Source: the human T2T-CHM13v2.0 reference genome, Homo sapiens. From it: a DNA stretch of 64,000 nt. Positions within the stretch are counted from its first letter, which is position 1. Each line of letters begins with the position of its first letter. Position numbers and translations under genes: made by a program. The DNA lies in the NCBI RefSeq assembly GCF_009914755.1, contig NC_060947.1. One strand, 5' to 3'. The notes under the pieces are model-generated. The model ran no database searches. It saw only the letters and a list, made by a program, of their open reading frames with translations, and was not told the origin of the DNA. Below are positions 32,257-48,494 of the stretch, one piece after another.

Positions 32257-32361
32257 TTCGATGAAGAATTCACAGCTCGACAGGAAGCTCAAGCAGAGCT
32301 TCAAAAAAGAGATGAGAAAATCAAAGAACTTGAAGCAGAAATCCAGCAACTTCGAACCCAG
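32257..32361 (+). CDS. DIAPH2: DIAPH2 coding exon (coiled coil): FDEEFTARQEAQAELQKRDEKIKELEAEIQQLRTQ
   Basis: TTGCAG acceptor; CAG|GTAATG donor; 105 nt phase 0/0; lies within ORF-track entry 32251..32448. Confidence 0.95.
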
Positions 32362-32883
32362 GTAATGAAAGAAGATATAGACTTTGTGTCATGTCACAAT
32401 GAGTTTGATGGTAGAAAATTATCTTGTTATATAGAAGGAAAAATGTGACCAGAAGCAGACTTTTTGGCAGTTTTACATTTTCATTGAAATAACTATACAG
32501 ATTTTATATTCCAGGGCAATAAATCATTTTAATGCTTGGAAAAAAAATAAAGCATTAGTTGCTCAAATGGCCCTGAATATTTTTAATAGAATATATTACA
32601 CAAGCAAAAGTGTTTTTGAGATGAAATTTTCGTGATGATTTGAAAAATTGGGTACATGCTATTTTCTTTCAAAAAGAATGTAGAAATAGTCATTAATTGT
32701 AATTATCCCAAAAGCTTCTTGAGATCTCTTTGAATCTCAAGTAAATTTCCACCTACATTTCCTATGGTGAAAAGCTCCCATATATACTTAAAATTTCAAT
32801 TAGGGTGTCTAAACTTTCAAACTGATTGTGTATTCTCCTCAATATACTTTATGTCTTAAATTAATATTAAGAAATTGAAGATG

Positions 32884-33237
<354 letters not shown>

Positions 33238-34861
33238 TCAGTAGATATTTGTTGATTGACTAGGTCTGTTTCCACCAGTCTAGTGAACGATTACTTCAAA
33301 AGTCACCAACAAACTCCATAATACCCAATCCGGGGGCCTTTTCCTACCCTTAGCCTGTATTACTTATCTCTAATATTTGATCATTTCTTTTCAATAAATT
33401 AATCTCTTTCTCTGTCTGTTTCCCTCCCTCTCTTTTTCTTGGACTTCTTTTTCTACATGTTTGAGAACTTAGTTTCTCCTTATTTTTTCATCCTCAAATG
33501 GTGACCTTCCACAATATTCTGTCCTCTGCTCTTTTCTTTTTTGTGTATATTTTTGCTGTACTGTTCCATTCAGTATCATACATTCACATATCCCCTTTTA
33601 GTAGGGGTCAAGTCTCTTGAGTTTGTCTTCTAGTTCCAGCTCGTGATTAGCTACCCCCATAGGATGGTCCTGTTGCATGTTGAAATCAAACCCAGTTTTG
33701 TGGTTTTGTCTCTTTCCTCAAACCAGTTTGTTGTCCATTTCCTGTTTAAATTTTACTACCAATTTTAAAGATGGTGAAGCTGGAGTTTTCTTTCCCTTTT
33801 CCCTGCCCCACCCACTGACAAATTAAGCTAGTCAGTTTTATGTCTGTTCTTTCTTCAACTCCACTCATACTACACCTCTTCGCATCAAACCCCAGAAACC
33901 TCCAGGTCCCCTCTCTTATGATGTCTCGCCTGGACTATTACAATTGTTGCCTAACTTTTCTCCCTCCTCAAATTCATCCTTTATGTCAGTGGCAAATTAA
34001 TCTTCCTGAAACAATTCCCTGATTATTGTTACTCCAGCCTTTAATATGTTCACTTGTTGCCTGTTGCAGACAGGATTAAATAAAATCTCCTTACCAGGAA
34101 TGTTAAGACCCTCTGGCATGAGTTTTTCCTCCTTTATCTCCCCTTTGCAGCCTAGGCTCTGACTGCTCCCCTAACTACAGCCTCTGTTGCAGCTAAGTCA
34201 CCTTTCCTCCCTTCACATTTGGAAATTACTGTCTCCATACTTAACCCTTCTGCCAGCATTTCCCAGAGATTAGTTACAGAAATGCCAATAGGTTGTTCAT
34301 GACGAAAGCATTCCATAGTCCAATAAATTGAGTACGCATGAAATTCTCATCTTAGAGATTCATAATACTCATTAGCATATTAAAGGTCCCAGATATTTTA
34401 CACTGAAGAAACCTGCCTACCTCTTTTTCATATAGATTTCCCATACTCATTTGACCACAGCACCCTTTATCTCAGAGCACCCTTCAACATCTCCTGGAAA
34501 TAGTGTTTTCATAGAGCTTAGCTGAGAAATGTTGGCATATATTATTCTCTGTAAGAAATTCCCTCCTTTGCTCATCTGTGTGTGTGAAATGTATCCTTTA
34601 AGGAGAAGCTCATTAAGACATCTTTTGGAAAGCTTCACCAAAAACTCCATTAGCGAATTTCTCCGAACTTTCATATCACTTTTCTAGACCACTCATGGGA
34701 TATTTGTGTGCCTGCTCTATTTCTTCTGCTAGAGCATAGACACCTTGAGGACAGTGTGTTTCTTATTAAAGGCCCCACTGTACCTAGCACAGGCCTTTAC
34801 CGCACAGTGAGTAGTTGCTTACTTATGGTTAAATTAACTGTAAAAAGTGAATCACGAAGCA

Positions 34862-34937
34862 TTCTCAACTCCTGGCCTCAAGCATTCCTCCTACCTTAGC
34901 CTCCCAAGGAGTAGCTGGGATTACAGGTGCAGGCACA
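34862..34937 (-). mobile_element. Alu monomer fragment (FAM/FLAM-like)
   Basis: tcaactcctggcctcaagcattcctcctaccttagcctccc...gtagctgggattacagg. Confidence 0.7.
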
Positions 34938-35771
34938 GGGCTGTATACTTTCTAGTGTGCCCAAAATAATGTCAAATACTAAATTATTCATTTACCATAT
35001 TCAATTTGCAATACGATGTGGTAGCCTAATTTAATTATTCAATTCCTAATTGTTCATGGGAGGGAAAGGAAAGGCTGATATGATTTGATTTTTAAAGGCT
35101 GGTAGCATTTAATATAAATATTTGAGATTCCTTATTAAATCTGTAAAATATATATTTAACTTGAGTAAAATTTTATTTAAATAATAGCATTTTGTGGTTG
35201 TATAAAATTCCCAAAATAAATGTGATCTAATAGAGGTGAAAAATTGACTGATGTTTACAAATGTATATTACTTTGAATTATGTTGTCCATTAATTAAAAA
35301 ATGGGAAACGACACACATTTTGCCTTTCGAAGTATGAAAAATATCATGTCATACACAAAATTTGTAGGATAAATTACTAATTTTCTGAACCTTTAATTTT
35401 GCCACAATTACTTTTATCTCAGTTAAGACTATAAAATGAGACTGTTTTCCATAGTTTTGCTACTTTCAAAGTAAAATTAAAATAATTTTACATATTTTAA
35501 TCTTGTCTTTCTTTCTAACCTCAGAGAGAAAATTGCATTCCAGGAGAGGATGGTTATTTGCTAAGTATAGAAACACTTTAGTTGTATGTATGTATATACA
35601 TACATTAACATTCATCTATGTGAAAAAACTAGTGTGAGTGAATATTATGGGTAACCTTTCCATGATCTTGTCTACCTATGAGTGTTAGTTTTAATATTTT
35701 TGTAAATAGGTCAGTCCTTTCAACTGGTTGTTCCAAACATTTGCTTCAGCTTACTTTCTAAAGATATTTAT

Positions 35772-36137
<366 letters not shown>

Positions 36138-36157
36138 TTATATTAATAATGGTGAGA

Positions 36158-36450
36158 GGGCTAGGCACAGTGGCTCTTGCCTTTAATACCAGCAATTTAG
36201 GAGACCAAGGTGGGAGGATTCCTTGAGCCCAGGAATTTGAGACTGTTCTGGGCCACATAGTGAGACCCCATCTTAAAAAAAAAAAAATTAGCCTGGGGTA
36301 GTGGTGCATGCCTGTAGTCCCAGTTAGTCAGGAGACTGAGATGGGAGGATCACTTGAGTCCTAGAGGTCAAGGCTGCAATGCACTATGATTTTGCCACTG
36401 TACTCCAGCCTGTGCAAGAGCGAGACTGTCTCTGAATGAATGAATGAATG
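36158..36450 (+). mobile_element. AluJ with (GAAT)n tail
   Basis: AluJ-type ggaggattccttgagcccagga and gaggtcaaggctgca. Confidence 0.9.
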
Positions 36451-36495
36451 GGTGAGGACAAAAAGGACACTATCCCGAGAAATTTAATTAGCTTT

Positions 36496-37523
36496 TTTTG
36501 TTGTTCACTGAAAATTTGTTTATTAAGTTGTTAATGTTTTACAGAGTTCGTTCAATATTTTATGGAACTTAAAATCCTGAGTTTCCCCTCAATAATACAG
36601 ATGTCTGTAATACAGACATTTGTACAAACTACTACAATTACTGATGCCTTATATAATTAGACTTCTATAACTTCCATTTGTCAGGTAAATAAAACACCTC
36701 TCAAAGTTACCACAACTTTAGGAGTTCACAAATTCCTATTTCTGCAGTTTTTCATTAGTATATTTTAAACTTTCATAAAAGAGGAAACCAAAACCTCCAA
36801 ATCAAAAGCCTTAATATGAACCAACATTGAGAAACAGAGTAATGTAAGAAGCTCTTTTATTCATCACGGAGAACAAAAATACAGAATATTTTTACTAATT
36901 TATTTTCCACTAAAGAGAATACACTTTGTATTTAGATAAATAAATGTTTATTTACTGGGAGTTGCTTTTGGAGAATGATCCATAATTGCCCTATCAATGG
37001 TCACATATTGATACCAGGGTCCATCTCTTCTCTTCCACATTAATCTTCGTACTTCCAGCTCCTTTATCTGCAGTTCAGCCTTTTCAGTTTCAGTGTGAAG
37101 GATAGCCATTGTTCTTTCGTAATTATTTTCAGGATCATCATAGAAAGTATGGACAATCCATCTCAATATAGGATGCTTATAATATGCCCATTGTTCTGGG
37201 ATATAGCCTTCTGGAATTCCTACTAGTTCAGTTTCACCAATGAATACATTCACTAGAGTTTCTCCAATTGCCACTGGAATCCCTATAAACAAAATATAGA
37301 ATTTCAGTAAATTAAAAAAACACCCATTGTAGAATCCAGAAGGTTTCATGATAAATAGTCTTTTTCCTATGATCTCCACTGTGTTAAACAGGAGTGACAG
37401 CTTTAACAAAGCCACGGGTGAGGAAGCCCCTGAATCCCAGTCGGGCGTCAAGGCACTGGCCAGACAGCTGTCACTGCAGTGACTGAGGCCTGTTGCAAAA
37501 AACTCATGGCTGCCTTGGCTGCC
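36496..37523 (-). pseudogene. Processed pseudogene of NDUFB5 (complex I SGDH subunit), antisense in a DIAPH2 intron
   Basis: Minus-strand ORF 36948..37451 gives GKRLF...YYKHPI...DGPWY...DHSPKATP, matching NDUFB5; intronless; first ATG mutated to AAG, frameshift near 37465, in-frame TAA before HSGDH, second frameshift near 37368; AATAAA at 36519-36524 then A-tail; TSD TTAATTAG(C/T)TTT at 36484-36495 and 37524-37535. Confidence 0.93.
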
Positions 37524-38381
37524 TTAATTAGTTTTAAACGTTTCATTCTGTTAATCTAATGTCGTATCTTGATTAAAACAGATGTGTGTTCATTGGTAGT
37601 GGTTTCATAAGAATGTTTATAATGAACAGCTCTACTTTTCATATATATTTATCTAGCAAAGTGAGCCATTGTGATCAGTACTGGTTTAAGGAAATGGATA
37701 TAGATTAATCATCTCTAAAAAGAACATGATATGGATTGCAGTGTTCCCTTTCATCTGTTATCCATTGTCATTAGAGAATGAGCTTGAAGTTACTTTCTGA
37801 TAGAAATGTTATATCCTCCTCATAATCCTATCTATTTGAATTAATTGTCCTCATTGTAAATGGCACCCATTCATGAAAAGACAGTCTTTTATATTGGGAT
37901 GAGGATGGTATTAGATGTAAGAAGAACCACATTGAAATTCTAATCATGTTCAGACTCTGAAACTTTTGGTTAGTCATTTAACTTTTTCTGCAGCTAACAG
38001 TTTCCTCATCTTTAAGCAGTGAAATAAAGGTGAGATAATAATGCCCTATCTGTATTACAGGGTTATAATAAGGATCAAAAGAAATAATAAATGTAAAAAT
38101 GTTGATAAGCATATATTACTATGGAAATGGATGCTATTTAGTATTTATTATTGGTGTTAGAAGCCAGCTAAGTTACTAGAGCCATGAAACAGACTCTTTG
38201 TATGAAGCTAATTAGCCCCCAAGGGAATTTAATCCATAACCTTGTATTTATTATCCCATATTCAAACCAACTAATCTAACTGGCCCAAGCCATACACTGT
38301 ACTTCTTTTGTACATATATTTATAAAGAAAGTTAATTTTTCATTATTTTAGAGGAGTATTTCACAAAATCTTTGAGGATAC

Positions 38382-40876
<2,495 letters not shown>

Positions 40877-41115
40877 GATACCAACTTTCCTAGCATTTGT
40901 GTGTTAACAGAAGTAGTCACTGTCCAGAATTTATAATGCTTATAAAAAATCTACACAGGCCTTTTTCATATACTGTTAAACCCTTAGATCTTGCTAAATA
41001 TTTAGATATTTTAGTAATATCTAAAAAAGTATATATGATCTTAAAACATAAGATAAATAAACTACAAATATCTATTGATATATATTTCTTCAGTTTTTTC
41101 AATTATATTTTATAA

Positions 41116-41499
<384 letters not shown>

Positions 41500-41754
41500 T
41501 AGCTTTTGTTGATCATTGCTATGTGTACACACTGTATAATGTTTGAGAGTATGACTGCTGACTCTTTCCGTTCCTTTGTGGGTTCATCATTTTATGTCCA
41601 TCTTTCAATTTAGGTTGTAGATAATTGGAAACTCTCCAGATAGTTTGACATTGTGAAGCAGGCAAAAGGAAAATCGAAGTGATGTAGAGAATAATATTTG
41701 AAATATACCAACAAATGACAAGCAATTTTGATTCTTTTAACATAGCTTTTCTTT

Positions 41755-44700
41755 AAAAATTTTTTATTGATATGTAATATTTGTACGTATTTATGGGGTA
41801 CATATGATTTTTGCTACATGCATAGAATGTGTAATGATCAAGTCAGGGTATTTAGGATACCCATCACCTTTAACATTTGTCATTTGTTTGTGTTGAGAAC
41901 ATTCAGATCTTCTCTTCTAGTTATTTTGAAATATACAACATATTGTTAACTATGGTCACTTTACTGTGCTATCAAATGGTAGAACTTATTCCTTTTATCT
42001 AACTATATGTTCATACCCATTAACCTATCTCTCTTCACCCTCCCACCTCCCACACACACCCTTCCCAGTCTCTGGTAACTATCATTCTATTCTCTACCTT
42101 CATGATACTCACTTTTTAAGCTCCTATATATGAGTGAGAATATATGATATTTGTTTTTCTGTGTCCAGCTTTTTTCACTTAACATAGTGATCTCCAATTC
42201 CATACATATTGCTGCAAATGACAGGATTTCAGTCTTTTTTATAGTTGAATGGTATTCCATTATGTCTCAATACTATATTTTCTTTATCCATTCATCCGTT
42301 GATGGACACTTAGCTTGATTTCATATCTTGATTTCATATCTTTGCCATTGTGCCTAGTGCTGCAATAAACATGAGGGTGCAGGTATCTCTTTGATATACT
42401 GATTTCCTTTCCTTTGTATAAATACTCAGTGGTCAGATTACAGCATTATTGTATGGTAATCCTGTTATTTAGGAGCATTATTGTATGGTAATCCTATTAT
42501 TTATATTTTTGAGAAATCTTTATAGTGTTTTCCATAATGGCTGTACTATTTACATTCCTAATAACAGTATATGAAAGTTCCCTTTTCTCCACATCTTTGC
42601 CAGCATTTTGTCTTTTTGATAATAGCTATTCTAACTGGCATAAGATGCCAGTAAGATACCTCACTGTGGTCTTGATTTGTATTTCCCTGGTGATTAATGA
42701 TGTTGAGCACATTTTCATATATCTTGGCCATTTGTTTGTCTTCTTTTGAGAAATGTCTACTTAAATTATTTGTCTACTCTTTAATGTGATTATTTGTTTT
42801 GTTGCTATTGTTTGGGTTTCTTGTATTTTTTGGATATTAGTCCATTGTTGGATAGTTTGCAGATATTTTTTCCCATTCAACAGATTGTCTCTTTACTCTG
42901 TTAATTGTTCCCTTTTCTATGCGGAAGCGTTTTAGTTTAATATAATCTCACTTACCCATTTTTGTTTTTGTTTCCTGTGCTTTTCAGGTCTTAGCCACAA
43001 AATCTTTGCCTATATTAGTGTCCTGGAGCATTTGTCTTGTTTTCTTCTAGTAGTTTTATAGTCTCAGGTCTTATGCTTAAGTCTTTAATCAATGTTGAGT
43101 CCATTTTTATATATTGTGGGAGATATAGGTCAGGTTTAATTCTTTTGCAAATGGATGTCCAGTTTTCCTATCATCATTTATTGAAGAGGGTGTCCTTTCC
43201 CCATTGCATGTTCTTGGTACATTTGTGCCAAATCTGTTAGCTGTAAATATATGGATTTACTTCTGGGTTCTCTATTCTATTCCATTGGTGTATATATCTC
43301 TTTTTACATTAGTACCATGCTGTTTTGACTACTATAGCCTTGTAGTATATTTTGAAGTCAATGTCCTGCTTTGATCTTTTTGCTCAGGATTGCTTTGGCT
43401 ATTCAGGCTCTTGTGTGGTTCCATATGAATTTTAGGATTATTTTTCCTATTTTTTGTGAAAAAATGTTAATGGTATTTTGATAGGGATTGCATTGAATCT
43501 GTAGATTGCTTTGAGTTGTATGGTCGTTTTAACAGTGTAAATTCCTTTATTCTATGAGCATTGTCTCTTTCCATTTGTTTGTGTCCTCTTTAATTTCTTT
43601 CATCAGTGTTTTGTAGTTTTTCTTATAAAGGTCTTTTACTTCTTTGGTTAAATTTATTCCTAGGTTTTTTATTTTTTTGTAGCTATTGTAAATGAGATTG
43701 CCTTTTTATTTTTTTTTCCAGCAAGTTTATTGTTCAGCTATAGAAACATTAATAAATTTTGTGTGTTGATTTTGTATCCTCCAACTTACTGAATTTATTA
43801 ATTATATGAGTTTTTTGTGGGGTGTTTAGGTATCTCCAAATGTCAGATCATGTTGTCTGCAAAGAGGGACAATTTGATGTTGTCTTTTCCAATTTGGATG
43901 TCCTTTATTTCTTTGCTTGACTGATGGCTCTGGCTAGGACTTCCAGTACTATGTTGAATAGGAATGGTGAAAGTGAGCATCCTAGTCTTGTTCCAATTCT
44001 TAGAGGAAAGGCTTTCATGTTTTGTCCATTCAGTATGATGTTAGCAATGGGTTTGTCATATATGGCATTTATTATATGGAAGTATGTTCCCTCTCTGCCT
44101 AATTGTTGAGAGTTTTTATTGTGAAGGGATGTTACATTTTATCAAATGCTTTTTCTACATCTGTTGAGATAATTATATAGTTTTCATTTTTCATTCTTTT
44201 GCTGTGATGTATCACGTTTATTGAATGGCATATGTTAAACAATCCTGGCATTCATGGGGTATATCCCATTGATTATGATGTATTATCTTTTGGATGTGCT
44301 GTTGGATTCAGTTCCCTAGTATTTTGTTGAGGATGTTTATGCCTGTGTTCATCTGGGATATTCTTTAATTGTTGTGTCCTTGTTTGGTTTTCGTATTGGG
44401 GTAATGCTGGCCTCGTAGGATGAGTTAGGAAGAATTTCCTGCTCTTTAGTTTTTTGGAATAGTTTGACAAGAATTGGTGTTAGTTCTTTTTTACAAGTTT
44501 GGAAGAATTCATTAGTAAAGTCATTAGTCCTGGGGCTTTTCTTTACTGGGGGGACTTTCTTGGTAGATTGTATGTGTCCAGTAATTTATCCATTTCCTCT
44601 GGCTTTTCAGCTTGTTAATGTATAGTTGTCCATAGTAGTCTCTGATATCTTTTGTATTTCTGTGCTATCAGTTGTAAGGTCTCCTCTTCCATTTCTGATT

Positions 44701-45775
44701 CTGTTTATTTAGGTCTTTCTTTTTTTTTTTTTCTTTTCTTGGATAATCCAGCTAGTGGTTTATCAGTTTTATCTTTTCAAAAAAAAAAACCTAACTTTTT
44801 GTTTTGTTGCTCTTTTGTATTATATTTTTAATCTCTGTCTGGCTCAGTTCTGCTCTGATCTTTATTATTTTTTTCCTTCTACTGATTTGGGGTTTGGTTT
44901 GTTCTTGCTTTTTTAGTTCCTTCAGGTGCAAAATTAAACTGTTTATTTGACATCTTTCCATTTTTTCGAAGTAGTTGTTTATTGCTATGAACATCCCTCT
45001 TAGCATTGCTTTCCACAGGTTTTGATATATTGTTTTTTTAATTTTCACTTACATTAATACATTTTTTAATTTTTTTCTTAATTTTTTAATTGACCCAGTG
45101 GTCATTCAGGAGCATGTTCTTTAAGTCTATGTACTTGCATAGTTTCTGAAATCTCTCTTATTATTGATGTCTAATTTTATCCCATTGTGGTCTGAGAAGA
45201 TACTCGATATGATTTTGATTTTTAAAAATTTGTTGAGACTTGGTTTTTATAGTAGCATATGATCTATCCTTGAGAATGTTTCTTATGCTGATGGGAAGAG
45301 TGTTTATTCTGCAGCTGTTGGATAAAATGTTCTGTAAATGTCTTTTAGGCCTGTTTGTTCTAAAGTGCAGTTTAAATCCAATGTTTATTTGTTGATTTTC
45401 TGCCTAGATGATCTGTCTAATGCTGGGAGTAGGGTGTTGAAGTCCCCAACTATTACTATGTTAGAGTGTACCTTTCCCTTTAGATCTAATAATATTTTCT
45501 TTGTATATCTGGGTGCTCCAGTGTTGGGTACATATATATTTTGACATGTTACATCCTCTTGCTAAAGTGATGCCTTTCTATATATATATACATATATATA
45601 TACATATATATATATACACATATATATACACATATATATATATATACACATATATATATACACATATATATATACATATATATACACATATATATACACA
45701 TATATATATACACATATATATATACATATATATATACATATATACACACACATATATATATACATATATATATAT

Positions 45776-45810
<35 letters not shown>

Positions 45811-47097
45811 CCTACTTTGTCTCTTTTTACTATTTTTGACTTAACATCTGTTTGATCTGATATACGTATATTTACTCCTCACTTTTGGTTACCATTTGCA
45901 ATTTAATATCTTCTATTTTCAGCCTATGTGTGTCTTGCAGGTGAAATATGTTTCTTGTTGGAAGCATATAGTTGGGTCATGTTTTTTAGTACATTCAGCC
46001 AGTCTATATCTTCTAAGTGGGCAATTTAATTGGTTTACATTCAAGTTTATTATTGATAGGTGAGGAGTTATTCCTGTCATTTTGTTAATTGTTTTCTGTT
46101 CATTTTGTGTATCCGTTGTTTTTTTCTTTCTTTGTTATTGTTTATCCATGTGGTTTAGTAGTTTTCTGTAGTGTTAACATTTGAGTCCTTTCTCTTTCTC
46201 ATTTGTGTATCTGCTCTACATGTGAGTTTTATACTTTCATGTGCTTTCATGATATATTCTCTTTCAGACACGTAGGACTTCCTTAAGCATTTCTTGTAGG
46301 GCTTGTCTAGTGGTGATGAATTCCCTCAGTTTTTGCGTGTTTGGGAAAGACATTATGTATTTCTCCTTCATTTTTGAGGGATAGATTTGTTGGGTATATA
46401 CAACTGGCTTCTTTTTTTCTTTTTTTCTTTTGGCACTTTAAATATAGTGTCCCATTCTCTCTTGGCCTGTAGCCTCTCCAATATGCTGCACCACGTGTTC
46501 CTGGGATGTAGGACACCTTGTGGGCTAGAGTGCTGGGACCTGGTCTCATTGCTGGATCTAGCCAGTATCACACCACTGCAGTCATCTGGGTGGATGTGGG
46601 GAGATTTCAGTGGGCTCCAAGGATGTGGAGATAGAGTATCATTCATCCCCAGGGCAGGATGTAGTCTGGTTGGGTTTGGGCTCTCAATCTGTTACCATAC
46701 TGCACCTGCTTTGGTCTTGGTGGCATGTGTGGGATCCAGTGTGAATGCTCATTCTAGAGCAATGCCATTGCACACACTGCAGCTCGCTTTGTATACTAAA
46801 GACTAGTTTCAGGGCCTGTGGAGGCTGAGTGGCTCTCCTATGGCTAGAATCTTCAGAGTTCACAGTGGGAATCTGGACCACTGGGGATATGTTATTTACC
46901 CTTTTCCCACATTGGGGGAGCGTCTCTGGGCTCCCAGCTAATCACAGCCAGGCTTGCTGCCTGGATTCCCGCTCCTTCCGTGCCTCAGGTGTTTTCTGTA
47001 ACTTCCCTGCCAAATTCCAGTGTTTTTACATGTTGTGATTATCTACTCTCTTTTTTGGCCTTTTATGGAGGATATGAGTGCCACCTGCCTCCAGTCA
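41755..47097 (-). mobile_element. Long degenerate L1 (L1MA-like) with internal deletions
   Basis: L1 3'UTR at 41760; ORF2-like minus-strand peptide YQNLW...HLKELKKQEQTKPQISRRKKIIKIRAE (44791..45048); ORF1-like REWDTIFKV...YP near 46400; GC-richer 5'UTR-like segment 46480-47097 (this boundary is less certain). Confidence 0.85.
45578..45810. repeat. (TA)n/(CATATA)n compound microsatellite inside the L1
   Basis: About 230 nt of alternating purine-pyrimidine sequence, seen directly. Confidence 0.97.
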
Positions 47098-48379
47098 GCT
47101 GAAGCCTATTCCCCATTTTTCTTGAATAAAATCCTTTTTATTATTGAGCCTTTTTATCTTACTTGTTTTTCTTAGTGAATGACTTTTTTTTTAATTTTAC
47201 ACTTTCAAATAGTGTGGAATAAGTGACAATATTCAATATTGATATACCTTAATTTTTTTTGATGTATGAAAATACTTTCTTCTGAATGTTGTTTGGCTTT
47301 ATTATTATTAGAAAATAATATGTCTGTTTTAAAAGGTTATTATGTAGATTGACACAGTCCTCATTCACTGGGAACTAATTTTCTAATGAAAATCCATTTA
47401 CCCAGACAACCATCTGGGGAAATGTGTCATCCAATAACATATTTACAGTATTAGACAGCATCTATGTAGTAAGTTGGTTTAAACAGAATGATGGTTAAAT
47501 CATTTTTCAATCTTATGCGTATATTTATGCTTTGCTCATAAGAGTAAACTTGGAGTAAATGGTTTTAGAATGTAGTTTTCTTTTTAAAAAATTAAGTACA
47601 ATTCATCAAAATTCAAGATTACAAAGCTGTTGCCTAGTTATCTTCCTGTGTTAATGTAGTCGTATGCTTCCTAATTTTACAATTTAGTATACGGTGTAAT
47701 GGTAGTTATACATCACAAAACTTCATGGTGTATTGGAAGATAAAGTTCTAATCTTGGGTAGTAGTTAAGACCACAGTCCTCTGGAGCACTTATCTAGGTT
47801 TAAAATCCCAGCTCTGCCATTTACTAATTTGGGCAGCCACTTAAACTTTCTTGGGCTGTGTTTCCTCATCTTTTAATGTAGAGATAATAACAGGTGAAAA
47901 AATTATTACGAGGATTAAATTAGTTAATATATGCAAATAACTTAAGACAGTACCTGACACAACGTAGGAGGCGTGTGTCAGCTATCATTATGGTTGCTAC
48001 CTTAAACCTAATGAGTGAACAAGGGGAATTCACTTTTCTAAGTCTGAGTTTCCCTGTTTTAAAAAACCCAGGAACAAGAAGATTTTATGTGAGTTGGGGT
48101 TAGGATTTCCTAAGTTATTTTTAAGACTCCTTCCAGTAGAATAGTTTTTAAGGTGCAATTTGCTTTGTGGTCTATTTCTATTGTTCACCATTTCGTCACA
48201 TAATTCTGAATTTCCCAATGAATATTTACTTTATAAGTATTATTTAGATACATCCTGAAATTGACTTAGAGGATAGAGGAATAAAGGAACTGTCATTCAA
48301 CCTTGCTGAAAGTTAGTTCCTTGAAAATTTAAATATGAGGTTATAATTTAGAATCTATTCTTTGTTATTTTTGTTTCAG

Positions 48380-48494
48380 ATTGAACCCACAGAATTATCT
48401 GAGAACTGTTTCTGGTTAAGAGTCAAAGAAGACAAGTTTGAGAATCCAGATCTCTTTGCCAAATTGGCATTGAATTTTGCTACTCAGATAAAAG
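48380..48494 (+). CDS. DIAPH2: DIAPH2 FH2 exon: IEPTELSENCFWLRVKEDKFENPDLFAKLALNFATQIK
   Basis: TTTTGTTTCAG acceptor; AAG|GTACAT donor; 115 nt phase 0 to 1; FH2 lasso motif ENCFW; next exon not found in the window. Confidence 0.94.

Noticed and set aside
37350-37451. N-terminus of the 167-aa ORF (MTPDWDSG...)
   Set aside because: It starts at TTG, and its first 28 codons are out of frame with the NDUFB5 presequence; homology begins only at GKRLF
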